From the IMG/VR virus record IMGVR_UViG_3300021387_001054: 64,000 nucleotides of DNA. The stretch is one strand, 5' to 3'. Positions 1-8,474 of this stretch are shown in pieces. Source of the DNA: a virus. The notes beneath the pieces are model-generated. The model worked only from the letters and a program-made list of their open reading frames with translations, did no database searches and was not told the origin of the DNA. A program made the translations under genes and the position numbers. The stretch's first letter is position 1, and each line of letters opens with the position of its first letter.

Positions 1-1
1 C

Positions 2-121
2 GCGCAGCGCGACAGACAGACAGTGCCGCCAGCGCGCAGAGCAACGCGCAGCGCGACAGACAGACAGTGCCGCCAGCGCGCAGAGCAACGCGCAGCGCGA
101 CAGACAGCGCGCAGAACGGCA
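2..121. repeat. GC-rich 44-bp tandem direct repeat; 2 full copies plus a diverged third; truncated by the window edge
   Basis: Unit gcgcagcgcgacagacagacagtgccgccagcgcgcagagcaac at 2-45 and 46-89, partial degenerate copy at 90-121. GC-rich against an AT-rich flank. Confidence 0.8.
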
Positions 122-122
122 G

Positions 123-151
123 TAGAAATATTTGATTTTTTGTGCTATAAT
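123..151 (+). promoter_or_regulatory. Candidate sigma-A promoter with extended -10 (TGcTATAAT, 143-151) and weak -35 tagaaa
   Basis: TGnTATAAT at 143-151. The -35-like tagaaa sits 17 nt upstream. Reads into the non-coding region. Confidence 0.3.
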
Positions 152-564
152 GAACGGGTACATTATATAGCAACGAAAAAGTATATCAATATGCGATTAA
201 GCAACGCGGTTTACCGCGCGTCGGATGCCCGTTTACGGAATGCTTATTAAAGCATAAAAAACGATAGCAAATTGACTATAACGCAAAAAGCTATAAAGGC
301 TATTTTTTTGCTATATTGCATCCGGGAAAGTACAAGCATTTTAGTATAGAAGTTAGCAAGTGTTAACACGGATTTAGTTAGCAAGTAGGGATAAAATGCA
401 AGTAGAATTAAATTGCTAATAAAGAAAGAATTGTTAGCAAAACATGAACGATTAAAAATATTTGTGCGGTTTTGCTAGTAAAAATGTTATTGATTTTTAA
501 TGGTTTGTATTGTGAAATATTTTATATTTTCAAGCATAAATAGAATATTATCACATATTGTTAG

Positions 565-700
565 TTAAATAGTATAGTGTTATATTATTATGATATACAA
601 TGTATAGTGTACAATTTGATACAAATATACATTGTATAGTTAGTATATAGTATGTATGTAGTATGTTAGGAAGATACAAAGTATACAGTTGATAGTAACA
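565..700. repeat. Iteron-like degenerate direct repeats containing TGTATAGT or GTATACAGT
   Basis: atacaatgtatagtgtacaat (591-611), atacattgtatagttagtat (625-644), gatacaaagtatacagttgatag (672-694), plus tagtatagtgtt (570-581). Confidence 0.5.
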
Positions 701-874
701 TACATTAAAGTATTAAAGAATAGTTGTTTTTCAGGCGGGAACGGCAGGCAGATTGCAGAGGTAGGAAGGCACGGCAGCCACGCAGGGAAGACGAGTTGCC
801 GTCATTGAGAAGCAATCGGAAATTGTATCAGATAATACATATTTCAAGCGTTATTTGCATGATAAAACAGAAAA

Positions 875-957
875 TATTGTACTTTTTTTGTGTTTAGAAT
901 GTAAAAATAAAGGAAAATGTATTGTTTTTTGTACTTTTTTTAATGTTTAGATAATGT
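875..957. repeat. Pair of about 28-bp direct repeats (gtactttttttNNgtttagaNNatg)
   Basis: gtactttttttgtgtttagaatg (879-901) and gtacttttttttaatgtttagataatg (931-957). Confidence 0.5.
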
Positions 958-1149
958 TTTATAGAGTAAGCAGCCGCTAACTTTTTAGTGAAAATGTTGC
1001 AATAATAATACAGGAAAACGGCTGTATTTGTAAAATTTGACCAAAACGAAAAATTTTGCATGGGGACAGAATTTTGAGAAAAAGGGTTTTTTTGAACTTT
1101 TCAGCCACTAAAACGGCGATTTTATATCAATAGGGGCATAATTTACAAC

Positions 1150-1440
1150 TATATACGCATAATTTACTTCTCATTCCGGCTAGTTCATAATTTAATCTAT
1201 TCAAACTTTTCATCCATCTAATCTCAAAAAACCATAAAAAACAAACCATTTTTTGTACTTTTACAAACATTTTCACTCTATTTTCTTAAAATTTCACACA
1301 AAATTTTTTACTTTTTTCTAACAATTTCCCACAAAAATCTAAAAATTTTTCAGTAAATCCGTAAAATTTTCCACCAAACTTTTTCAAAAAATCTAAAAAC
1401 TACACCCTTTTTAACATTTCAGCGAACAATTTTTTAAGTT
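1150..1440 (+). other. Strongly G-depleted, A/T/C-only tract on the + strand (about 7 G in 280 nt) with repeated aaaaatctaaaaa motifs
   Basis: Direct reading: lines 1201-1440 are almost devoid of G. aaaaatctaaaaa occurs at about 1334 and 1386. cataatttac occurs twice at 1137-1167. Confidence 0.6.
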
Positions 1441-1531
1441 CCAAGTTCTTTTTCCTTATCGTTACTGGAAACATTTACAATAAAACCCCTCCCTCTTTTA
1501 TGAGATATAAAATGTTTTTAATTTTACTTAC

Positions 1532-1560
1532 TTGTAAACCTGCAAATATTATGTTATAAT
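1532..1560 (+). promoter_or_regulatory. Sigma-A type promoter for the helicase gene: -35 ttgtaa, 17-nt spacer, extended -10 TGtTATAAT
   Basis: ttgtaa at 1532-1537 and TATAAT at 1555-1560 with TG at 1552-1553. RBS gaggag precedes the ATG at 1583. Confidence 0.55.
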
Positions 1561-1582
1561 TAACATCAAAACCTGCGAGGAG

Positions 1583-3154
1583 ATGGTAAAGATATTACCA
1601 TTACAAAATATAAGTCAACTTAACGACGGCTCTCTTCCGGCGAATCTGAATGCTCGTACCACTAAAGTTTCGATGATACTCTCCGTCGAGAGCATACTCT
1701 CTATGCCAGAGAACAGTTCTCTCTTTTTACTGGTAGGCACAGGAGGGGGAAAAAGTCACTTTGCATCTACTACACTATACGAGGTAGCTGAAAGGCTGCA
1801 AACGAGGGTGCTGATATTAGAGAACCGTATACGAACAAAGGAGCAGATGCAGTACGACATTACACAAGCTGACAGTTCGGATCGTATATCGGTTCTTAGC
1901 TATCAGGCTTACGAGTTTTTGAAATCACGAGGTGAGACATTAGATTTCTCTAAGTACGGTTTAATCGTATGTGATGAGTTTCAACACATTGTAATGGATG
2001 CACCATTACCAAAGGCTTACCGTACATACGATATCGTAGAGGATATAATGAAACTCTCTGTTCGTAGATTTTTTATGAGTGCAACGCCAGCGGGGTTAGT
2101 GCCACATTTACAGCAGTTGCACAATGAAGCCTCTATCCCCTACTACACTTTATCGTTAGATATGGATTATAGTAGAATATATTTACGTCCATTTTACAGG
2201 TTGAATGATATTCCACATATAATAAGTAAAGCTCTATCAGAAAAGAAAAAGATTATAATTTTTTCACGAGATTTACAACAAGCGAAAGAACTTTATAAAA
2301 TGTACAAAACAAATAAAAATTCAAATATTATGTTTATTTGTTCTAAAAGTGCAAAGTTTTGTTATACACGTTTAATGGATGACAAGCTAGTTAATATGTT
2401 GATCGAAACAAAACGTATTCCGGATGGAATAGATATTATTGTTACCAGTACAGTATTAGATGTAGGCATTAGCATTGTAGATCCCAAACTAACGTATGTA
2501 GTTACGATGCTCACAGACATTGAACAAAGTATTCAATGTTTAGGCCGTAAGAGGTTAGTTGGGGATGAAGAGGTTCAATTTTACGTTCAGAATGTAAGTG
2601 AAGGCAAGTTGAGGCAAGAATTAACCACTATACAAAAACGGTATGAGGCTTACCGTATTTATAGAGATCGAGGGATTGCGGCAATGCTTATACATATTGG
2701 TGGCGTATCGCTTGATTATTATAATATGATAGTCTATCCGGACAATGATACGATACGCTGTCAACCAATTATGGGTAGAGTATTATATGATGAGTACCGC
2801 ATGGCTGCCATTACAGAAATTTTAGAGAGTAAACGCAGGTTGGTAGATGTAATGGCTGCGAAGTATCACTTTAATCAAACAGACATGCAGCAGCCGGTCT
2901 TACCAACTCACATTACTCGTGAAGCTGTACTAGCTGACTATGTAGGGATTCCATTATTAAATATGACTGAACGGCAACCGTTCATCCGAGCATTGGGATT
3001 GAGAGGTATTGATCGTCATTTAATAAGTAGTCGCAAAAAGATTAACACTGTACTAAAGGATGAAGGTTTGCCGTATGAAATTCATGAGTACCGTAAAATG
3101 ATCGGGGGGGTTGATTATCAACGAGTATGGGAAGTAGTTAAAGCAAACGGGTAA
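1583..3154 (+). CDS. SF2 (DEAD/DExH-box-like) helicase, probable phage replication helicase
   Basis: Motif I LLVGTGGGKS, motif II VCDEFQH, motif III MSATP, motif VI QCLGRKRL. Good RBS. Confidence 0.6.
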   Translation: MVKILPLQNISQLNDGSLPANLNARTTKVSMILSVESILSMPENSSLFLLVGTGGGKSHFASTTLYEVAERLQTRVLILENRIRTKEQMQYDITQADSSDRISVLSYQAYEFLKSRGETLDFSKYGLIVCDEFQHIVMDAPLPKAYRTYDIVEDIMKLSVRRFFMSATPAGLVPHLQQLHNEASIPYYTLSLDMDYSRIYLRPFYRLNDIPHIISKALSEKKKIIIFSRDLQQAKELYKMYKTNKNSNIMFICSKSAKFCYTRLMDDKLVNMLIETKRIPDGIDIIVTSTVLDVGISIVDPKLTYVVTMLTDIEQSIQCLGRKRLVGDEEVQFYVQNVSEGKLRQELTTIQKRYEAYRIYRDRGIAAMLIHIGGVSLDYYNMIVYPDNDTIRCQPIMGRVLYDEYRMAAITEILESKRRLVDVMAAKYHFNQTDMQQPVLPTHITREAVLADYVGIPLLNMTERQPFIRALGLRGIDRHLISSRKKINTVLKDEGLPYEIHEYRKMIGGVDYQRVWEVVKANG

Positions 3155-3505
3155 AACCCCCCCATGTTGCGGGAATTTATAACGGAATGCTTATAGTATA
3201 AATAAAAAATAACTACCTTAATTTATACTAAACCATACCTGTTCATTATCCACCGCGACTTGGTTCGGGGATACCACCCCCATACTTATGTCTTACAACA
3301 AAGTAGATCAATTAAAAAACGAGAAAGCAAATCAACAATACATTATCGTAACAGCAATGGGGTGTTGTAGTTGTTTGTTTATGGTCTACCTCTACTCATA
3401 ACTAAAGCACCTAGGCTTTCCACTCATTTCTCTAAAAAAACTATTGTATACGATGATGTGATATAGTTAATTCAATTCTTAAAGGAAAAATGAGGTGATT
3501 ATATT

Positions 3506-3949
3506 ATGTATTCGGCATTTGAAGTAGCAAAGTACATCATATGGTACTGTACCAAAGAGAATCATATAGTAAGCAATCTTAAATTGCAAAAAATTTTATA
3601 CTTTGTACAAGCTGAATTTTTGGTTGCACGTAATACCCCATGCTTTAACGAAAAAATTGAGGCGTGGACTTTTGGGCCAGTTGTTCCTGATGTTTATTAT
3701 AAATATCGAGCATTTGGAAATGCACATATTCCTTGTGTAGATATGACGGATTCGTACAATATTACACATGAAGATAGATTACTCATCAACGGTATTATTG
3801 ATGCTTGTGCGCCTTACACAGCTCCGCAATTAACGGAAATTACACGAAATCAATCTCCATGGTTAAAAGCATATCACACAAACAAATCTTGTATAATTTC
3901 TGAAACATCTATCCATGAATTTTTCAAAAAAGAGGAAAGCGATCTATGA
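3506..3949 (+). CDS. Panacea (DUF4065/GepA/SocA-like) domain protein, antitoxin-like
   Basis: N-terminal MYSAFEVAKYIIWYC...NLKLQKILYFVQAEF...EAWTFGPVVPDVY matches the recalled KLQKLLYYAQ / AW.HGPV.P.VY pattern of the phage-associated GepA/Panacea family. RBS aggtga. Confidence 0.5.
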   Translation: MYSAFEVAKYIIWYCTKENHIVSNLKLQKILYFVQAEFLVARNTPCFNEKIEAWTFGPVVPDVYYKYRAFGNAHIPCVDMTDSYNITHEDRLLINGIIDACAPYTAPQLTEITRNQSPWLKAYHTNKSCIISETSIHEFFKKEESDL

Positions 3950-4134
3950 ACATACGCACTCAATCCGGTATAAAAATCTACTGTCTTCCTAGCAGCGCTC
4001 TATGCAAATGTACAAGGAAATCTCCAGAACATATGAATGAATGTCCGATTTGCAATTTTGACTACTTCGGCATGGAATGCGTCCCTGAATTATGTGATAA
4101 ATACGAGGAAAATGAAACATCTGTAGAAGAATAA
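3946..4134 (+). CDS. Small Cys-rich (7 Cys, zinc-ribbon-like) protein translationally coupled to the Panacea gene by a 4-bp ATGA overlap
   Basis: CLPSSALCKCTRKSPEHMNECPICNFDYFGMECVPELC. The start overlaps the upstream stop. Confidence 0.35.
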   Translation: MNIRTQSGIKIYCLPSSALCKCTRKSPEHMNECPICNFDYFGMECVPELCDKYEENETSVEE

Positions 4135-4323
4135 AAAAATCCCATATTATAAATAAGTACGAAATCCTTACGCGAACATAAGAAAAGGAATATTCATAAA
4201 TAAAACCCTTTCGTTTGTCGTAGGTGGAGTCGCAAGTCACGTACCTTTAGGTGCGTGGTAGTTGACTATGATGTAAAATCAAGAAATAGGTGTAATTCTA
4301 ACTCAAGTATTTAATTATTTTAA

Positions 4324-4352
4324 TTGACATTTCTTCCATCTTATGTTATAAT
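4324..4352 (+). promoter_or_regulatory. Consensus sigma-A promoter: TTGACA, 17-nt spacer, TGtTATAAT, driving the early small-gene cluster
   Basis: TTGACA at 4324-4329 and TATAAT at 4347-4352 with TG at 4344-4345. Shares ttatgttataat with the 1548 promoter. Confidence 0.65.
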
Positions 4353-4405
4353 ATAAACAGTATGGATATACAATCTTTTAATCGTTCTGAAAGGAGTGTT
4401 TAATC

Positions 4406-4792
4406 ATGTTACTTAATCCCAATGTAGATGTCGAGCCGACAAGTATGTGCAATCGTGATGTTGTCTGGGACTGTGTCGATATCTTGTCGTGTATTGGCCC
4501 GGTGGTTCAGGATTGTATGCAGTCTCCAGTAGTAAGCAATAGCACTGTGTATAATGCGTTAGAAGCTATGCGGATCACGGAACTGCTCTTTATTAAAGGT
4601 TATTTAGCGGGGAAAGAGGGCAGCGACGAATTTAGTGATATTTATAAAGTTCATAGTAAGATTGTCCAGATGGCGCATGAGTTAAGTCCGATTGCGGGAG
4701 CGCGGCTGAAGACAGCTTATAGTTATCTTGATGACGTAGTTCAGCGTGCTTCTGTCTCTGAGGAATTATCTTCCGATGATGATAAGGTGTGA
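4406..4792 (+). CDS. Hypothetical early protein (128 aa)
   Basis: ORF with RBS aaaggag. No recognisable domain. Confidence 0.45.
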   Translation: MLLNPNVDVEPTSMCNRDVVWDCVDILSCIGPVVQDCMQSPVVSNSTVYNALEAMRITELLFIKGYLAGKEGSDEFSDIYKVHSKIVQMAHELSPIAGARLKTAYSYLDDVVQRASVSEELSSDDDKV

Positions 4793-5103
4793 TTATGAGT
4801 GGTAGAGCAACAAGGTTTGAAGCCCAAATTATAGACCCAACCCTACCTCTTAATGGACGTAAGGTTGAAGTTCTTCAATGTGATTGGGATCCTGATTTTT
4901 TATTGCTGTGTGGTTGGAATCTTATAGATGATAGAGAGGCTATGCTGACTTCGTGGCAAGTCGAAAAGGAATCTGACGTGTGTCATTATAATACATTGGA
5001 AGAATTTATCAAAGCGTGGAATAATTGGGAATTACCGCCATTCGTTCTTCTCAGACCTGAACAAGTGGAAATTTGTCAGGAGTTAGGACATGTAGATATG
5101 TAG
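4789..5103 (+). CDS. Hypothetical early protein (104 aa), coupled to the upstream ORF by a 4-bp overlap
   Basis: ATGA overlap with the upstream ORF. Confidence 0.4.
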   Translation: MIMSGRATRFEAQIIDPTLPLNGRKVEVLQCDWDPDFLLLCGWNLIDDREAMLTSWQVEKESDVCHYNTLEEFIKAWNNWELPPFVLLRPEQVEICQELGHVDM

Positions 5104-5146
5104 ACGGCAATTCTTTTAGCGAAATTTTAACACTAAGGAGATAGAT

Positions 5147-5752
5147 ATGGGTAAACTAACAATTGATGACTTTGTAAAAGCAATTAAACTCTGCATGTCG
5201 ACTAAAGTAGAGGGTTGTAGTGGATGCCCCGCTGTGTATGTAGAGGATGATTGTCTGCAAATCAATGAGATTGTTGCACCGATCGTAACTGCAAGAGTAC
5301 GCGCGAAACGTCTTGAACGTGACCTTAAAGTGGCAAAAGCAGAAATTACTTTATTAAAAGGTGCAATGAAAACAATGACTGACCAGCCCGAAAAGGACAC
5401 CCGGAAAACAAGTTCTACTCCCCGCAACCAGAATGAAGAAGATTTAGAACGCTGGCACCTGATTGGTGCAAAAGCTCTTAACGATTTGTTATGTTTGCAC
5501 ATGATTGTCGAATATGGAGCACCATTAACCGGTTGTGTTATCAGCGAGTTAGAAAATAGCATGGATGTTTGTTTTGGCGTTTTAGCGAAAGTAGCTACTG
5601 CGTGTGAGTATCCTACTATTGGTGAATTTATGATTCGGGCTGCATTGATCTTAGATAAAAGATCGGCAGACCCCAGTAAACGAAAATATATTAACGAAAC
5701 TTTAGTTGTATTGTTGATGAGAGGAGATGGATCGCATGAGTCTATTTGGTAA
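5147..5752 (+). CDS. Hypothetical protein (201 aa)
   Basis: Strong RBS aaggagatagatATG. The antisense ORF 5116-5778 was judged spurious. Confidence 0.5.
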   Translation: MGKLTIDDFVKAIKLCMSTKVEGCSGCPAVYVEDDCLQINEIVAPIVTARVRAKRLERDLKVAKAEITLLKGAMKTMTDQPEKDTRKTSSTPRNQNEEDLERWHLIGAKALNDLLCLHMIVEYGAPLTGCVISELENSMDVCFGVLAKVATACEYPTIGEFMIRAALILDKRSADPSKRKYINETLVVLLMRGDGSHESIW

Positions 5753-6110
5753 GAAAGAACGTGACGAAATGTTAGCAAAAACTGCTCACACAGTTGCTAT
5801 TCGTGTTATGGATATTGCTAATCTTGCAAATATTATTTCACAGTTACATGATATTCACGGTGAATATGTTTTAGTGAGTGATATTGTAGATGGTGTAAAT
5901 GAAACAATTGACAATGCGTTCTTACATATTGCTCTAACCTCTGGCATAGTTAAGCACGATTTAATTCAGTTGGTATTACATACAGCCGAGCGACTTGATG
6001 AATCTGCTGCAAAGTCTGGCAAAAAAACTGATATGTATAATGTTGTTCGCGATTATCTCTCCCCTGATGTAGAGGCTCATATTATAGAGATGTTTGTTGA
6101 TGAAGAATAA
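5727..6110 (+). CDS. Hypothetical protein (127 aa)
   Basis: Overlapping-start arrangement and acidic small protein typical of phage early genes. Confidence 0.4.
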   Translation: MDRMSLFGKKERDEMLAKTAHTVAIRVMDIANLANIISQLHDIHGEYVLVSDIVDGVNETIDNAFLHIALTSGIVKHDLIQLVLHTAERLDESAAKSGKKTDMYNVVRDYLSPDVEAHIIEMFVDEE

Positions 6111-6519
6111 AATAGTCAAAGACACCTCTCCAGTCGATCTCAACCGTCATGTTGCTCTTATTCAAATTCGCGATTTCTTAAACTTCTTGCGTGATGCCGA
6201 GTATGAGTTTATCGCTGCAACAGGTATAATTGAATTAAAAGAGAGTGAACAACAAGATATCGAGCATTACTTAGAACTACACGATGTTTGTCCCAGTGAT
6301 TTAGAGAAATTAAGTGCAGCTCTAACTCAGATTCGCAGAGAGCGGCGCGAAGCAAAGAATTGTGTTGAACTACTTGCGCCGATTCAGAATTGGTATAATG
6401 ATAACCAAAAGATGATTTCTAGCTTGAAACATTTATTAGATGATGTATCTGCTATTGAATGTAAACAGCAACATAGAAACTATGTAGATCGAACGGATGT
6501 TATCAGACGCACCTTATGA
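6094..6519 (+). CDS. Hypothetical protein (141 aa)
   Basis: ORF overlapping the upstream stop. No recognisable domain. Confidence 0.4.
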   Translation: MLMKNKIVKDTSPVDLNRHVALIQIRDFLNFLRDAEYEFIAATGIIELKESEQQDIEHYLELHDVCPSDLEKLSAALTQIRRERREAKNCVELLAPIQNWYNDNQKMISSLKHLLDDVSAIECKQQHRNYVDRTDVIRRTL

Positions 6520-6586
6520 TTTGCAAAAGTGGTTTTAACAAATGTATTTAACGAATAAATATATTGTTTTGGAGGTGGAATGATTT

Positions 6587-6919
6587 ATGACTACCATGAT
6601 TCATCTGAAAACGGGCGAAGTTATCCCATGTTTTGGGGATGAGGAAATTCAATTGAGACGCATTATTGAAGAAAGGCTTGGCGACGATGCAGCGAAGACA
6701 TTTGATGATGTAATAGATCAATGTTGTCATAGCAATAAGGATGACGAATTCTTACTTGATGATATTGAACGTTTACAAAACCAACGCGAAGAAATCAGAG
6801 ACGCATTAGAAGATGCGTGCCAGACATTACATGAAACTGCAACTATGTTCCGGTTAGAGAATGAGATTGATGCGGATTATATTGAGGAGCAGGCGATGAT
6901 ATTGTCCCAGTTGTGTTGA
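6587..6919 (+). CDS. Hypothetical acidic protein (110 aa)
   Basis: RBS ggaggtgg upstream. Confidence 0.45.
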   Translation: MTTMIHLKTGEVIPCFGDEEIQLRRIIEERLGDDAAKTFDDVIDQCCHSNKDDEFLLDDIERLQNQREEIRDALEDACQTLHETATMFRLENEIDADYIEEQAMILSQLC

Positions 6920-6934
6920 TAGGGAGTGACTGAA

Positions 6935-7096
6935 ATGTGGTTTGTCTTTCTTGTATCTATGATTGCTATTAGTTTGGTAAGTTCACTTTTGGTTTTATTT
7001 ATCAACGCGGTAGCCAATAAGATTCACAAAGATAATATCCGAGCAGAAAAAGAACTAGAAGAATATCGTACAAAGGAGCACTACAAAGATGAGTAA
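6935..7096 (+). CDS. Unlisted 53-aa single-TM membrane peptide (MWFVFLVSMIAISLVSSLLVLFINAV...), overlapping the start of the SPFH gene
   Basis: ATG at 6935 preceded by agggag. Hydrophobic N-terminal helix then a charged tail. Stop TAA at 7094-7096 overlaps the ATG at 7089. Confidence 0.45.
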   Translation: MWFVFLVSMIAISLVSSLLVLFINAVANKIHKDNIRAEKELEEYRTKEHYKDE

Positions 7097-7961
7097 GAAA
7101 CTTATTGCTGTTATTATTGTTCTAATTGGAATTATTGGTGGTGTTTACACTGTCTTATCTTTAGAACACGTTGGTCAAGGTGAAGTTGGTGTTGTATATC
7201 GCATGAAGGACGGTGTACAAGATGAGACGCTTGCGCCAGGATTTCACTTCATCTCCCCCACTAGCAAAGTAAAGACGTACCCTATTGCTCAACAGCAACT
7301 TGTATTGAGTAATAATCCCTCTGATTACAATACTGATTCTCATGCGGATTGGCATGTCGATGCACCCGCTAATGGCGGTATGGTAAAACTCAATATGACG
7401 ATCAATTATAACTTCTTACCTGACCGTGTAGTAGAACTCTATGAAAAGTTCAACGGCATGGACGGCGATCAAATCATGGATAGTATGGTACAGAATAGTG
7501 CTATCGCTTACATCAAAGAAGTTACGCCGCAATTCACCGTAATGGATATTTATAGTGATAAACGGTCTGAGGTAAGCAAAGCAATTACTCAGTATCTTGA
7601 TTCTAAATTGACGGACGAGTACGGTATCAATATTTCTTCTGCTCTTATTATTGATGTACAACTTGATAAGACATTACAAGAAAAGGTACAGGCAAAAGAA
7701 CAGGCTAAACAGGATGCAGAAAAAGCTGAATTGGATAAACAGACAGCTATTGCACAGGGTGAAGCAAATAAAGCAAAGGCAGAAGCGGCTGCGGCGGTTA
7801 CTATTACAAATGCGCAAGCGGAAGCTAAAGCAAACCAGATTATTTCCGCTTCTATCACTGATAAGTTAATTGCAATGAAGGAAGCAGAAGCCCGGCAGAA
7901 GTTTGGTTGGATTACTGTACAAGGAGCCAATACAGTTGTTACTACAGATGAAGATCAGTAA
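7089..7961 (+). CDS. SPFH/band-7 (HflK/HflC/flotillin-like) domain membrane protein
   Basis: N-terminal TM segment (LIAVIIVLIGIIGGVY), then GEVGVVYRM...APGFHFISP, and a C-terminal A/E/K/Q-rich coiled coil (EKVQAKEQAKQDAEKAELDKQTAIAQGEANKAKAEAAAA). Confidence 0.6.
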   Translation: MSKKLIAVIIVLIGIIGGVYTVLSLEHVGQGEVGVVYRMKDGVQDETLAPGFHFISPTSKVKTYPIAQQQLVLSNNPSDYNTDSHADWHVDAPANGGMVKLNMTINYNFLPDRVVELYEKFNGMDGDQIMDSMVQNSAIAYIKEVTPQFTVMDIYSDKRSEVSKAITQYLDSKLTDEYGINISSALIIDVQLDKTLQEKVQAKEQAKQDAEKAELDKQTAIAQGEANKAKAEAAAAVTITNAQAEAKANQIISASITDKLIAMKEAEARQKFGWITVQGANTVVTTDEDQ

Positions 7962-7988
7962 TGCTAATATTTGTTTTGAGGTGATTTG

Positions 7989-8114
7989 ATGTCATGTATA
8001 AATTTTATATGGTTTGAATTTGGTGGGCTATTAGGTGTTCTTTTCATGACACTACTTAATATTTGCAGAGACTATCGTGATGATGATTACTATGACGACG
8101 ATGATGACGATTAA
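7989..8114 (+). CDS. Unlisted 41-aa micro-ORF: hydrophobic peptide with a poly-Asp tail (MSCINFIWFEFGGLLGVLFMTLLNICRDYRDDDYYDDDDDD)
   Basis: ATG at 7989 with RBS gaggtg. Stop TAA at 8112-8114. Confidence 0.35.
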   Translation: MSCINFIWFEFGGLLGVLFMTLLNICRDYRDDDYYDDDDDD

Positions 8115-8157
8115 ATAAAAGACTGTCGCAGTTAATACTGCGAGGGAGGAGGCGAAC

Positions 8158-8352
8158 ATGCCGGAGTGCCTGTACCGCGCTGCTTGCGGGAAGGAGGGAT
8201 TTGATGACTGCCCTTGTGATTTTTATTTTCCGATGTCCGACTATTCGAGGCTCTCCTGTCCGGATCGGCAGCAATTAACTTCGTATCGCATTTCTTTAGA
8301 ACAAAGACAGAAAGCGTACCGTGAAATTATAAAAGACTTTAAGGATGATTAA
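8158..8352 (+). CDS. Small Cys-rich protein (64 aa)
   Basis: Strong RBS gagggaggagg. Cysteines appear as C..C / C.C / C. Confidence 0.45.
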   Translation: MPECLYRAACGKEGFDDCPCDFYFPMSDYSRLSCPDRQQLTSYRISLEQRQKAYREIIKDFKDD

Positions 8353-8474
8353 ACATTTTTGCACCACCTCTGTATAAAGTAAGAAAATTCCCTTTATCAC
8401 TTTTAATAGAATGTGATTTCAAATTAAGTGATAATAAAGAATTAGACAAGTATTTAGTTAATCAGCAAGACAAT

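Noticed and set aside
1-121. Possible CRISPR array
   Set aside because: The repeats are directly tandem with no spacers, and no cas genes are nearby. Not a CRISPR array.
23-250. Listed ORF of 75 aa (Arg/Ala-rich) at the window start
   Set aside because: It lies entirely within the GC-rich 44-bp tandem repeats. Its composition is repeat-driven and it has no RBS. Treated as non-coding.
3103-3166. 9-bp perfect inverted repeat gggggggtt ... aaccccccc spanning the helicase stop codon
   Set aside because: The loop is about 45 nt and there is no following T-run. Probably an incidental homopolymer pairing rather than a terminator or regulatory hairpin.
3180-3300. Possible tRNA near ggttcgggga
   Set aside because: No cloverleaf can be drawn and the T-arm consensus is absent. 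No tRNA was recognised anywhere in the window.
5116-5778. 220-aa antisense ORF overlapping 5147-5752
   Set aside because: The + strand ORF has a strong RBS and fits the co-oriented operon. The antisense frame has no RBS and is unusually hydrophobic and Ser/Leu-rich, typical of a shadow ORF.
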